A stretch of 64,000 nucleotides of DNA from Candidatus Nanoarchaeia archaeon. GTDB lineage: Archaea > Nanobdellota > Nanobdellia > Woesearchaeales > JANQNC01. Each line of letters opens with the position of its first letter. Within the stretch, counting starts at the first letter, position 1. Of this stretch, positions 21,679-30,276 are shown in pieces. The DNA is taken from NCBI GenBank assembly GCA_028279745.1, contig JANQNC010000001.1:594154-658153 (forward strand), in the 5' to 3' direction. Both the position numbers and the translations under genes were made by a program. Under the pieces are notes generated by a model, which was not told the origin of the DNA, searched no databases, and saw only the letters and a list, made by a program, of their open reading frames with translations.

Positions 21679-23088
21679 CTATTTCTTAAACACTGCAAAG
21701 TATTCAAAAACACTTGAAGTGTTGTATAATAATTCTGAGCTGTCTGAAAGACGATTGAACTCTTCTCTTTTCATCACTTCACATTCTTCATCCACACAAG
21801 GGAAAGTGGAGCTGGAGAAAACAAAAAGATTATAGGAACTAGATTCGTTAAGGAACAGGTCTACGCTTGTAGGCAGATCAAAATATCTCCCATAAAACTT
21901 TTGATCTGTGCAAGGCACAACAATGGCAGTTGTTGAGAAAAGAGAATACTCTTCATCGTAACTGCTGAAAAAACTGCAAAGGTTTGTGTGAGCAGTATCC
22001 ATCTTTCCAAGGAAACCATACCCTAAAATAAATGAGTTAACCAGTATAAATACAACTACTGCGAAGACCAGCAGGTTGCTTATCCACTTAGACTTCCTTT
22101 TTATGAAAAACATGAGCTCATCCAAAGAGTGAGCAACCATTATCGTAATGAAAGGAAGGAACAATAAACCATACCTAAACTCTTTATGAGACAGCCAAGA
22201 AAAGTAGACTGTCAAAAATATTGCCGCAGTGACAAACAAATCAAAAGAAAAATCTTCGTGGAGCTTATTTTTGAAATAAAAGAAAACAAAAGCGATAAGA
22301 AGAATAAAAATCCAGTTATTAAGGAAAAACTGAACAAAGTAATAATAAAACGGCTGGGAATAGATTGCAATATTGTACCTGGTTATGTCTGCGTTAGCTA
22401 TTATAAACGGCCTTATCATTGAGTCAAAGAAGTTTGCAGTCACATCTCTGTAAAAGAAAATATTGAAAATGAAAAATAGTGAAGCAGGAATTGAGTAAAA
22501 GATTATGAATTTTATTATCTTTCTTATCTTAGCTACTTTGAAGATCATGAAAATTAACAAAGGTATCAACATCAAACCTGACGGAAACCTAATCATAAAA
22601 GCCAATCCTGCAAACAAGCCACACAATCCATACTTTTCTTCCTTAAAGAAGTAAATCGACGTAAGTAAAAGAAAAACTGCAGGTATCCCAGTAAGAAGCC
22701 TATGAGAAAAAGCAAAGAATAGAGGGAATGAAGCCAACAGTAAAACAGACCAGATTGCCGTATTTTTGTTAAAAAACTTCTTTGATAACATATAAGTCAT
22801 CGATAATGCACCAATCGCAAATGTAAGAGCTATCATTCTTCCAAATAAAACTATGGGAATATTTAGTTTCCAACCAACACCCAACAGCAGAGGGAATAGT
22901 ATAGGCCTCATCTCAGAATAAAAACCCGTCTGACCTAAAGAGTATATGAATTTAGCAATACCTATGTATTCATATTCATCGAAAAATAAAGAGTTGTAGG
23001 TTGTAAGAAGGATAATTTTTGCAGTAAGAAAAACAGCTAAAATAGCTACAAAAATCCAGTTTTCCTTGAACCAATTATTCTTCTTCAT
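21679..23088 (-). CDS. GT-C-fold membrane glycosyltransferase (PMT_2/ArnT-like)
   Basis: The 469-aa polytopic product has a first-loop FFDEYEY (DE motif) and a SHRLLTG region typical of PMT_2. Confidence 0.55.
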   Translation of the reverse strand: MKKNNWFKENWIFVAILAVFLTAKIILLTTYNSLFFDEYEYIGIAKFIYSLGQTGFYSEMRPILFPLLLGVGWKLNIPIVLFGRMIALTFAIGALSMTYMLSKKFFNKNTAIWSVLLLASFPLFFAFSHRLLTGIPAVFLLLTSIYFFKEEKYGLCGLFAGLAFMIRFPSGLMLIPLLIFMIFKVAKIRKIIKFIIFYSIPASLFFIFNIFFYRDVTANFFDSMIRPFIIANADITRYNIAIYSQPFYYYFVQFFLNNWIFILLIAFVFFYFKNKLHEDFSFDLFVTAAIFLTVYFSWLSHKEFRYGLLFLPFITIMVAHSLDELMFFIKRKSKWISNLLVFAVVVFILVNSFILGYGFLGKMDTAHTNLCSFFSSYDEEYSLFSTTAIVVPCTDQKFYGRYFDLPTSVDLFLNESSSYNLFVFSSSTFPCVDEECEVMKREEFNRLSDSSELLYNTSSVFEYFAVFKK

Positions 23089-23794
23089 TTTCTACTTCAC
23101 AAAAATCAGGCTTTTCAACATAATCATGACAGATTATATTAGCAAAATTTTTCTTGCTTATCACGCCTTGATAAACTTTATCATTAATCACAAGAGACGG
23201 CACAGAAGTTATGTTATATCTTGCTTTCAAGACCAATAAAGATCTTTCCTCTTCTTCATTGTTTAAATCGAGTGGGAAGATAAGCAACTGCTTATCCAAC
23301 TGTTTCTTGTAAAAAGTCAGAATAGTCCCTTGAATATTACACTCAGTGCATTTATCATCAAAGAAGTAAAGCACAGTAACTATATCCAAACCACAATCTT
23401 TCTTAGCCTGCTCAGCGAACAACCAATATCTTAAATTATCCAACGTGTACTGTCTTGATAAAAGATCAAACTTGTCTTTATTAAAATCAGACTCCTCGTT
23501 ATATGCTTCGATATCTGCCAAACTCTCACTCAAATCTTTAATTATATTTTCAAGTGTTGACTCAAGAACTATACAAGCTTCTGCACTGCTATTAAGAGTG
23601 TTCATAAAAAGGTACTGGAACTGCATGCTATCATAATCAAGATTCTGCATCTTGTTCTGGTTTTCTATGGATCTTACACGCTCGTTATCAACAACCAACC
23701 CAACTGAAAGACCCAACGCAAAAACTAACGAAGTGATAAAAAAAGCCACAATATACTTCTTATTGCTTCTTGCTCTAAATGAATTCTTTACCAT
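23075..23794 (-). CDS. membrane-anchored thioredoxin-fold protein (CxxC)
   Basis: It has an N-terminal TM anchor, a CTEC motif, and ITSVPSLVINDKVYQG, which resembles the thioredoxin/DsbA cis-Pro region. Confidence 0.4.
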   Translation of the reverse strand: MVKNSFRARSNKKYIVAFFITSLVFALGLSVGLVVDNERVRSIENQNKMQNLDYDSMQFQYLFMNTLNSSAEACIVLESTLENIIKDLSESLADIEAYNEESDFNKDKFDLLSRQYTLDNLRYWLFAEQAKKDCGLDIVTVLYFFDDKCTECNIQGTILTFYKKQLDKQLLIFPLDLNNEEEERSLLVLKARYNITSVPSLVINDKVYQGVISKKNFANIICHDYVEKPDFCEVENEEE

Positions 23795-25035
23795 TTCTGT
23801 TTAACCCCCAACACCAACTCAAACAATGAGATAAAGCATATGAAACTTATAAATATATTGTAAAAAAACAGATAAGCTAATAAGCTGAAAGAACCGTGCT
23901 TAAATAGCTTCTCCTCTGCATTCTTGTGAGAGAATAAAAGCATAGCGACCACCAAAAGGAATGCAAAATAAAGGATCACTATCGCGCCAAAACGAATATC
24001 TAAAATGTTAAATGAAAAAGACAAAGTAGACATGAAATGGAATATGTTAAAATTCAGTGCGGCAAGATTTGAGAACAGATGATACAGTGGTTTGAACGTA
24101 AAATATGCTGTGAAGAAAATAACTGAAAATGTAAGCATAAATGAGAAAACATTAAATGGTAGCTGAAGAAGACCAAAATCACCATATTTCTTATTAAGAA
24201 CCAACCCCCTATTCTTTAGGACAGTCAAAAATCCTCCCTTAAACCATCTTCTTCTCTGCTTAATAAGACCTTTAGGTGTGTCAGGAGAAACAGTGTAAAC
24301 ATATCCATTAAAACATTGCTTTATCTGATAATGTTTGCTTTGAAGCCTGTAAACAATCTCTTGGTCCTCAGTCAAGCTTTTAGTGTCAAAACCGCCAACT
24401 TTCTGTATAACATCTGTCCTATAGATACTGAAAGGGCCAGGAGCAACAAACAACATATTAAGCCTGGACATCATCCTAGCAAAAAACATAACTGTGATGT
24501 ACTCAAGCCTTTGCATCTTCTGAATAAGTGTTTTTGGTTTAAAGACCTTCATTGCAGGAGTTATGATCGCAACTTTCTTATTGTTTAACTGTTGGTATAA
24601 AGAGATCTGCTTCTTTAATGTTAAAGGATCAACAAAAGAATCCGCATCCAAATTTGCAAAAAACTCGGTTTTAAGAGTGCTAAGAACTTTATTAATAGAT
24701 GCAGCTTTACCCATATTCTCATGATGGATAACCTTCATGTTTCTGTCTTTGTATTTTGTTGCTGCTTTTTTCATAACAGCTAAAGTGTTATCTGAGCTGC
24801 CATCATCAACAGCGTACACTGAAAGTTTTTCTTTTGGGTATTCTAGCTTCATAATCGAGTCTATAGTCTTTCGTATTGTAGAACCCTCGTTAAATGCAGG
24901 GACAATAACTGCGACTGTGGGGAAATACTTTAACTTTGTAGATATTTTCTCCTTCTTGAAAATGTGCTCTTTATCTAAGAAGGTCAGCATCCAAAATACA
25001 AAAAAGTAAAGCGAAACAAACTGCAAACTCCACAT
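23788..25035 (-). CDS. processive family-2 glycosyltransferase (cellulose/chitin/PNAG synthase-like, QxxRW)
   Basis: It carries VAVIVPAFNE, AVDDGSSD, DADS, TEDQE and QRRRW, plus C-terminal TM helices. Confidence 0.75.
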   Translation of the reverse strand: MWSLQFVSLYFFVFWMLTFLDKEHIFKKEKISTKLKYFPTVAVIVPAFNEGSTIRKTIDSIMKLEYPKEKLSVYAVDDGSSDNTLAVMKKAATKYKDRNMKVIHHENMGKAASINKVLSTLKTEFFANLDADSFVDPLTLKKQISLYQQLNNKKVAIITPAMKVFKPKTLIQKMQRLEYITVMFFARMMSRLNMLFVAPGPFSIYRTDVIQKVGGFDTKSLTEDQEIVYRLQSKHYQIKQCFNGYVYTVSPDTPKGLIKQRRRWFKGGFLTVLKNRGLVLNKKYGDFGLLQLPFNVFSFMLTFSVIFFTAYFTFKPLYHLFSNLAALNFNIFHFMSTLSFSFNILDIRFGAIVILYFAFLLVVAMLLFSHKNAEEKLFKHGSFSLLAYLFFYNIFISFICFISLFELVLGVKQKW

Positions 25036-25054
25036 CAGAATCTTTAGCGCTATG

Positions 25055-26389
25055 TTAATTTGAATTCACCCCCCTAACTGCCCAGATCTCATTTTTACTG
25101 TCAGAGTAAGCAAGCTTAAACTTGTCACTCTTTTTCAATAAAAATAAAAGCCCTTCTTCATCTCTACTCCAGATAAGACCTTGCTTCATATCTTCAGTTA
25201 TCCAGATATACTTTATGCTATTATCTTTTAGAATGTCTAAAGTCTGGTCTAAGTTTCTATTACTGAACATATTGCTTGAAACCGACTCCATCTTGTTGTT
25301 ATCATCTGAAAAAGGTTTATTGGATGTATGATATGAAATCCAGAACCCATAGCTGTGGTGAGTCAAGATTGTGTTATTATCTGAGTTCTTGTTTAGCCAA
25401 TCCAGTGATTCTAGGGCTTCTTTTGATGGTTCAGAAAAGGAGGTTCTGTGTATGTAAGAAAGTGATGAAAAAAGCAAACCAAAAATAACTGCAAGCATAG
25501 TCAAAGATTTAATCAAGTCTACAATATACTTTCTTTTCATTATTGAAGAGAACGCATAAGTAGAAAAGACGATTATGAAAATGTTAACAAATATAAAAAC
25601 CCAGCTTGCAAAAAATAAAGCTGTGAGTGCAAGAATAAGCAAACAAACATACGCAGGGTATAACTTAAGCTTGTGTTTACTTGCGATAAAAATACCTATT
25701 ATGAACAACAATACAGTAAATATGCTGAACCCCAACCAAGAACCTAGGTCAGTTATCACTTCTGAAAGTATCAGTGAAAATGAAGACAGGTTATTTGTTG
25801 AGGGGATTGTGAAAGATTTAACAAGTGATGCAACAATCATGAAGATTATCGAAGGAATTAAAATCTTTGAAAGCTTTCTATTGTAAAAAATAAGTGAAAT
25901 TAGACATATTAAAATTATCAGGGTTTCTAAAGTTCCAAATAACGAAGAGGTTATGAGCAATAAAACAGACATGATGTTTAGCAGTTTGTTTTTTGATTGC
26001 AGCAACAATGTAGAAAGTAAAAACAAGAATAAAAGCATAGAGTGCGGTGTTGGAAATACTACACAATAAATCAATGCAGGGGATATTGCGAAAAATAAAG
26101 ATGCAAGTAGTGAAAACTTAACATTTGCCTTGAACTTGATGAGTAAACGGTAAAATATTATAACTGATAAGAATGTGAATATGAACGATAAGATGAAGGG
26201 GTTGATGAGTTGTGTTAAGAAAATGAAGGGGTTGTTAATATTGTAAATGAGATGATAATAAGGATCTGAACCAGGGAACGACCCTTTAAAGATAATCGTT
26301 CTAATCATAACAGGGAATAACAAGATTATGAGTGAGATGGGTGTTAGTGCAAGTAATGCTTTTGAATTAGTCCACTTCATCCATAACAC
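25055..26389 (-). CDS. divergent AglB/STT3-like polytopic membrane protein (degenerate WWDYG: HHSYGFW)
   Basis: It has a DPYYH motif in the first loop, about 11 TM helices and a soluble C-terminal domain. HHSYGFWISY replaces the WWDYG motif. Confidence 0.4.
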   Translation of the reverse strand: MLWMKWTNSKALLALTPISLIILLFPVMIRTIIFKGSFPGSDPYYHLIYNINNPFIFLTQLINPFILSFIFTFLSVIIFYRLLIKFKANVKFSLLASLFFAISPALIYCVVFPTPHSMLLFLFLLSTLLLQSKNKLLNIMSVLLLITSSLFGTLETLIILICLISLIFYNRKLSKILIPSIIFMIVASLVKSFTIPSTNNLSSFSLILSEVITDLGSWLGFSIFTVLLFIIGIFIASKHKLKLYPAYVCLLILALTALFFASWVFIFVNIFIIVFSTYAFSSIMKRKYIVDLIKSLTMLAVIFGLLFSSLSYIHRTSFSEPSKEALESLDWLNKNSDNNTILTHHSYGFWISYHTSNKPFSDDNNKMESVSSNMFSNRNLDQTLDILKDNSIKYIWITEDMKQGLIWSRDEEGLLFLLKKSDKFKLAYSDSKNEIWAVRGVNSN

Positions 26390-27828
26390 CCCACTTCGTA
26401 AATTAACACATTCTTATTGTAAACTTTTTCAAAACATTCAGAGTTAAGGTAATCTGGAGGCGTATCTTCCAGATATATGTAATCCACATCGTACTTAGCC
26501 AATAAATCTAAAGCTATTGTTTGGAACTTAGCATTGTATACTGTGTTGACATCATCTAATCTTATTTCTGCATCAGGTATGTTTAAAAAATTAGTATCAA
26601 TAACATTTTTTCTATCTGCAATTGACGTGATAAGATGGCCTTTATGCACATCAGCCAGAACTGTTGTGTTTTCTTCTGTGTTTTCACTTATCCATTCTAG
26701 CGCTTCAATAGTATCATCAGAAACAGAACTCTTAATGTTAAGATCCGAATAAACAAAAGATGGAATAACTGAATTGAATACAAAAATTATGAATATCAAT
26801 ATAGCAAATAAAGGGATCCTATTTGAAAACTTAGTCTTTGCAACATATTTGAAAATAAAATTAAGACAAGGGCTTAATAATACTACTAGCGTGACTCCTA
26901 AAAATACTGCACCCAGTTCTGGTGTGAGCAGTTTGAAAAATAAAAGAAGGAAAATAGTTATTGCTAAAGATGTAAAAATGTAAACAGGTCTGCTTTTTTC
27001 CACAAAAAAGTATCTATATACTGAGTAAACTCCGCAAACAAAAGGGATAATACCAATAAGAAGCATCAACTCTATCACATTTGCTGATGTGAAATACTGA
27101 TTCAGGAGTAATTCAGGAATGTTTCTCCAGATTATTGATGCTCCACTTGCAAGGAACGCATCCTTGAAGAAAATGATGTATGCCCAAACAGATATGAAAA
27201 TGAAGAACAGTATCGATTCTAATCTTGCTTCCTCAATCTTGACATCTTCAACTTTCGCCAGTATAAGATATATCCCTAAAGCTAAAGCAAGAATAGATGC
27301 AACAGGACTTATTAGTGCTAAGATAAAACAACCTATAACAAAAAAAGTTGAGTGCTTATTTATTTCTAAAAGCAGATAGACAAGCAAGAAGAAAAAAGGG
27401 ATTAAGAGTGAAAGGGTTGAAACTTTGTTAATTGTTTCGGTGAGGTAGATTGGGATAAAAATAGATACAAAAGATGTGAAAAGAGATATGTTTTTGCTGT
27501 TCGTAATCCTTTTTGATAAAAGAAAAATTACTAAGACTAAGCTTGAAGCCAGGATGTTTGGAATTATCTTTCCAACTAACGTTATCGGCAAGAAAAGATT
27601 AAAGATGGCTAACAAGTAGTGGAATATAGGTAGGAACGATAAAGTCCTTCCCCCATAGCTCAAAGGGTCATCGTACAATGGGATAAAGTTTTCTTTTATG
27701 TTTTCTACCTGTCTTAAGTTAAAGTAAGCTTCATCCCCTGTGAATGAAGGAGTTTGGAAAGCAAAAAATAACCTAAAAGACAGAGCTATAACGAAGAAAA
27801 GAATCAACCATTTATACTCGGATTTCAT
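26377..27828 (-). CDS. divergent AglB/STT3-like polytopic membrane protein
   Basis: It has DEAYFNLR in the first loop (compare DPYFNYR of STT3). The polytopic region is followed by a C-terminal domain that lacks a canonical WWDYG motif. Confidence 0.4.
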   Translation of the reverse strand: MKSEYKWLILFFVIALSFRLFFAFQTPSFTGDEAYFNLRQVENIKENFIPLYDDPLSYGGRTLSFLPIFHYLLAIFNLFLPITLVGKIIPNILASSLVLVIFLLSKRITNSKNISLFTSFVSIFIPIYLTETINKVSTLSLLIPFFFLLVYLLLEINKHSTFFVIGCFILALISPVASILALALGIYLILAKVEDVKIEEARLESILFFIFISVWAYIIFFKDAFLASGASIIWRNIPELLLNQYFTSANVIELMLLIGIIPFVCGVYSVYRYFFVEKSRPVYIFTSLAITIFLLLFFKLLTPELGAVFLGVTLVVLLSPCLNFIFKYVAKTKFSNRIPLFAILIFIIFVFNSVIPSFVYSDLNIKSSVSDDTIEALEWISENTEENTTVLADVHKGHLITSIADRKNVIDTNFLNIPDAEIRLDDVNTVYNAKFQTIALDLLAKYDVDYIYLEDTPPDYLNSECFEKVYNKNVLIYEVGCYG

Positions 27829-27944
27829 ACTGGTTTGAGTTTCAGAATCATATATAAATAGTGCGGAAACGGTTTATAAAACTTATAAATAGCTTCGGGA
27901 AGTGCTAAGATAAGCATATAAATGAGTTAGAACACCTTATAATT

Positions 27945-28646
27945 ATGAAAGTAAGCTCAGGAAATGAAGCAATTGATAGATTATTGGAAGGGGGGGTTGA
28001 GACAGATGTGATAACTACTGTCTATGGGCCTGCTGGTTCAGGTAAGACAAATATTGCTTTGATAATGGCAGTCAAAGCTGTTTCATCTGGCAAAAAAGTT
28101 GTGTTCATCGATACAGAAGGTGGTTTTTCTATTGAAAGGTTAAAACAGGTCTGCCATGACTATAAGAAAGTACTTGATCAGGTGTTGTTTTTCAAACCGA
28201 CTTCATTCAAAGAACAAAATAATGCGATCGATAAGTTGAAAGGGATACTTAATAATAAGATTGGGTTAGTAATAGTTGACTCAATTGCTCATCTGTATAG
28301 GATCGAGATGGCTGAAAAAGAAGCAATCTATTCTGTAAACAAAGCGATGGGGAAGTCGATTGGGATATTGACTGAAGTTGCCAGACTGAATAAAGTTCCA
28401 GTTTTAGTTACAAATCAAGTTTATTCTGCATTTGATGAAAGAGAGAAAGTAAATATGGTGGGTGGAGATTTACTTAAGTATGGAAGCAAATGTTTAGTTG
28501 AGTTACAGAAAACACCTGAGGGCAATAGAAGGGCTGTTCTTAAGAAACATCGGAGTCTTGCTGAAGAGAAAGACATCGTGTTTAGGATAGTCAATGATGG
28601 GATAAAGGTTACAAAAGAAGGTAAAGGTTTTGGTTTGTTTAAGTAG
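27945..28646 (+). CDS. radB: RadB (RadA paralog, KaiC/RecA-fold ATPase)
   Basis: The 233-aa product lacks an N-terminal HhH domain. Walker A reads GPAGSGKTN. It also carries VVFIDTEGGF and a Walker B VIVDS. Confidence 0.85.
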   Translation: MKVSSGNEAIDRLLEGGVETDVITTVYGPAGSGKTNIALIMAVKAVSSGKKVVFIDTEGGFSIERLKQVCHDYKKVLDQVLFFKPTSFKEQNNAIDKLKGILNNKIGLVIVDSIAHLYRIEMAEKEAIYSVNKAMGKSIGILTEVARLNKVPVLVTNQVYSAFDEREKVNMVGGDLLKYGSKCLVELQKTPEGNRRAVLKKHRSLAEEKDIVFRIVNDGIKVTKEGKGFGLFK

Positions 28647-28655
28647 AGTTTGGGA

Positions 28656-29555
28656 TTATTTTGTTTTCGAATAACTGTTCTCGGATGTAATGTCTCTCCC
28701 CTTGTCTACGTGAGGTGTGAATTTGATATCAATCCATTTAGACTTAACATTAATGGAACCATCAGGCATGTGTTTCACATAAGAATCTTTAGGAACGAAC
28801 TGATTATCAAGATGGAATACTCCCCCTGTTGAATCTAAATACTGCTTCATATCATCAGTGAATTTATAACGAGTAACACCATGTTCAGAACAAATACCTG
28901 AACTGAAATCAACGCTGGAGTCTGCCTTCCTAACACGATTTAAGTTGATTATTCCAGAAACCATGTCAACAACAGATACCCTTGCAGTATGTTTGCCTTT
29001 GAAAATAGAATGCATAACTTCAGAAGTCTCTTTTTGAGAATTATCATGGTATGCCTCTCTAGCTTTTGTTTCAGGCATTTTAGATGCCTCCTGTTCAAAT
29101 ACCTCAGGATCGCAATGAATATGCCAACCTTCAACCCTTTTATTGCCCTTAGCTAACTTTGCCAGATAGTCTCTATCCACTAACACTTCAGCTCTTATAA
29201 AACTAGAGTGGTTGTACAATTTTTCACGATATCCAGTTTCATGCCATTCTTTTTTGTCAGGCAAGTAGACCCAGTTTTCTTCAAGAGGCTGATTTAATAA
29301 AGTACGCATGTCTTGTATCCCTTCATCCATGCCTTTATTAACAACCTGCCGCGTTTTATTTTCAGTGTTTAACGCCAGCTTATCTACTAATTCATTATCA
29401 CGTTTTGGGATTCTATACTCATAATATTTTATATAATTGTAAAGTTCTTTATGGGGAATTGGAACATTAGGAAATAACTTTTCTACTGCCATTGAGGCTC
29501 CAAAGTAATAAGATGCCACAACCCATGTCCAAAATAATTTCTTTTTGAATCCCAT
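28656..29555 (-). CDS. secreted hypothetical protein
   Basis: Signal peptide MGFKKKLFWTWVVASYYFGASMA. The start was taken at this Met. The ORF track extends to 29585. Confidence 0.4.
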   Translation of the reverse strand: MGFKKKLFWTWVVASYYFGASMAVEKLFPNVPIPHKELYNYIKYYEYRIPKRDNELVDKLALNTENKTRQVVNKGMDEGIQDMRTLLNQPLEENWVYLPDKKEWHETGYREKLYNHSSFIRAEVLVDRDYLAKLAKGNKRVEGWHIHCDPEVFEQEASKMPETKAREAYHDNSQKETSEVMHSIFKGKHTARVSVVDMVSGIINLNRVRKADSSVDFSSGICSEHGVTRYKFTDDMKQYLDSTGGVFHLDNQFVPKDSYVKHMPDGSINVKSKWIDIKFTPHVDKGRDITSENSYSKTK

Positions 29556-29556
29556 A

Positions 29557-29688
29557 TTATACTCCCAAAATCTCATTAACTGCAAATTCGATAGCGTGAG
29601 ATTTATTTCTAAATACTCCTTTGCTGACTTGCTCTTTAATTCTAAAAAGGGTTTCAGTATCTATTGAAACGCATATTTTTTCCTTCAT
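29557..29688 (-). CDS. ribbon-helix-helix (CopG/Arc-like) small transcription factor, 43 aa, not in ORF track
   Basis: Manual translation gives MKEKICVSIDTETLFRIKEQVSKGVFRNKSHAIEFAVNEILGV. This shows the beta-strand (ICVSID), helix, helix pattern of RHH repressors. A TATA box TATATTTAAA lies 25-30 nt upstream. The gene is 1 nt upstream of the secreted-protein gene. Confidence 0.5.
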   Translation of the reverse strand: MKEKICVSIDTETLFRIKEQVSKGVFRNKSHAIEFAVNEILGV

Positions 29689-29747
29689 ACAGGTATGACT
29701 AAGTATAACCTATATTTAAATCTTTTGTTTTTTAGCCACTTGCGAGT

Positions 29748-29768
29748 AGTAACATATAACTAGTTACT
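29748..29768. promoter_or_regulatory. inverted repeat AGTAAC-N9-GTTACT upstream of RHH gene promoter
   Basis: This perfect 6-bp inverted repeat lies about 60-80 nt upstream of the RHH gene start. It is a candidate operator. Confidence 0.3.
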
Positions 29769-29813
29769 GCTGTTTATTACGTAATTCTATTCCCATTTAG
29801 GCACCAGATGTGT

Positions 29814-30049
29814 ACCTATTATGTAGGTATTTTTACTTACAATTTGAGTTATTTTACTTACTAATTAAGTATATTTACTTATTTTGTAGGTTTTTTACCT
29901 ACTTAGTAGGTTTAATTACTTACATAGTAGGACAAATACTTACATGGTAAGTCTTTTTTACTTACATAGTAAGTACAATAGAAAGTTTTATAAAGGATTA
30001 AACTTACAATGTAAGTTATTATAAATAAATAACAACTTACATAGTGAGT
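29814..30049. promoter_or_regulatory. array of seven 15-bp palindromes ACYTAC-N3-GTARGT plus TTTTACTTAC half-site direct repeats (candidate operator array)
   Basis: Palindrome copies lie at 29814-29828, 29897-29911, 29918-29932, 29938-29952, 29960-29974, 30002-30016 and 30035-30049. Half-sites TTTTACTTAC lie at 29831-29840 and 29853-29862. The last two palindromes flank the TATA-like TTATAAATAAAT at 30018-30029, just upstream of the ATG at 30058. Confidence 0.55.
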
Positions 30050-30057
30050 ATTAAAAC

Positions 30058-30276
30058 ATGATGGATGAGTATGGGAACGAAATAGAGACTTCTAAAATAT
30101 TTATACCTATCTCGATCTTCGAAGATAGAAGACTTTCTGCATTAGAATCAATCGTTGAATATCTCAAAGAAAAAAGACATCTAACACTACACCAAATTGG
30201 AGTCATGCTCAACAGAGATGACAGAACAATCTGGACAACATACAACAGAGCAAAACAGAAGAGGAAGAAAAGATGA
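30058..30276 (+). CDS. small HTH DNA-binding protein (sigma-70 region 4/LuxR-like helix)
   Basis: The 72-aa product carries LTLHQIGVMLNRDDRTIWTTYNRAKQKRKK, which resembles L..EIA..LG.S..TV..R..RA. It overlaps the next gene by 4 nt. Confidence 0.5.
   Translation: MMDEYGNEIETSKIFIPISIFEDRRLSALESIVEYLKEKRHLTLHQIGVMLNRDDRTIWTTYNRAKQKRKKR

Noticed and set aside
27829-27944. tRNA or other structured RNA in AT-poor intergenic spots (27829-27944, 43788-43890, 46027-46137, 53249-53406)
   Set aside because: No GTTCRANYC T-loop and no acceptor-stem complementarity. The sequences are TATA-rich promoter DNA.
29813-30059. Possible CRISPR array
   Set aside because: The repeats are 15-bp palindromes with irregular 5-30-bp spacing and no unique spacers of uniform length. 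No cas genes are nearby. An operator array is the better explanation.
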